DNA from: Phyllobates terribilis
Lineage: Eukaryota
NCBI RefSeq assembly: GCF_046119375.1
Contig: NW_027362772.1
Location: forward strand, 267,716,001 to 267,780,000
DNA length: 64,000 nt
Reading direction: 5' to 3'
In this document: in pieces, positions 63,701-64,000 of the stretch
Layout: every line of letters starts with the position of its first letter
Numbering within the stretch: position 1 is the first letter of the stretch
The notes under the pieces: model-generated
The model's database searches: none
What the model was told of the DNA's origin: nothing
Seen by the model: only the letters and a program-made list of their open reading frames with translations
Made by a program: the position numbers and the translations under genes

Positions 63701-64000
63701 ACCTCCATGAGGTTGCAAACTGAATATATTTTTTTCTGCATCTACCTCTGAAAAAATATTGGTCTTCTAGCTGTGTGTGGGACTTGTTCTATTAATCCAT
63801 CTATACAGACCTCCATCAGGTTGCAAACTGAATACAATTTTTTTCTGCATCTAGCTCTGAAAAAATATTTGGCCTTCTAGCAGTGTGTGGGACTTTCTCT
63901 ATTAGTCCATCTATACTGACCTCCATCAGGTTGCAAATTAAAAATAATTTTTATCTGCATCTACCTCTGAAAAAATATTTCGGCTTCTAGCTGTGTGTGG
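60791..64000 (+). mobile_element. hAT family A, copy A3 (5' end; continues beyond the window)
   Basis: TAGAGATGAGCGTTGTTCTACTCGAAC start; 5' region near-identical to A1/A2; retains the ~152-bp segment (61008-61159) that A2 lacks. Confidence 0.92.
61709..64000 (+). repeat. 108/109-bp tandem array inside A3 (>=21 units, open-ended)
   Basis: Same unit as in A1/A2, with two alternating variants (GGGCTTCTAGCTG..GTTCTATTAA vs GGCCTTCTAGCAG..TTCTCTATTAG). Confidence 0.95.

Noticed and set aside
49451-64000. 108-bp and 133-bp regular repeats as CRISPR-like arrays
   Set aside because: Units are head-to-tail with no unique spacers, there are no cas genes, and the context is a eukaryotic transposon.

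Overview
Vertebrate, most likely anuran (frog), genomic DNA made almost entirely of nested transposable elements; no confident host gene. (1) Three copies of a ~10-kb hAT DNA transposon, 'family A': A1 8349-17952 (-, TSD CTAATCAC), A2 48686-59327 (+, TSD CTAATAAG) and A3 starting at 60791 (+, runs off the window). A1 and A2 both carry the same cargo downstream of a 1233-codon transposase: a partial self-duplication, a truncated Tc1, an L1 RT fragment split by a solo LTR, and an 18S rRNA fragment. An internal 108-bp array has ~3.6, ~13.6 and >=21 units in the three copies. (2) A deleted endogenous retrovirus (19472-35596, -, TSD GGAC, tRNA-His PBS). It has a RanBP2-type zinc-finger ORF, and its 3' LTR is split by a second ~10-kb hAT ('family B', 19901-29858, TSD ATAATAAC), which itself contains a solo LTR. 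(3) A non-autonomous SCAN-gag (Gmr1-like) Gypsy element (~37936-41711, -) in which the pol region is replaced by an intronless SRSF9-like mRNA fragment. (4) A CR1 3' end, solo LTRs, MITEs, Penelope-type palindromes with decayed hammerhead motifs, and a 158-N gap. All identifications come from motif recognition and manual alignment; no database searches were run.
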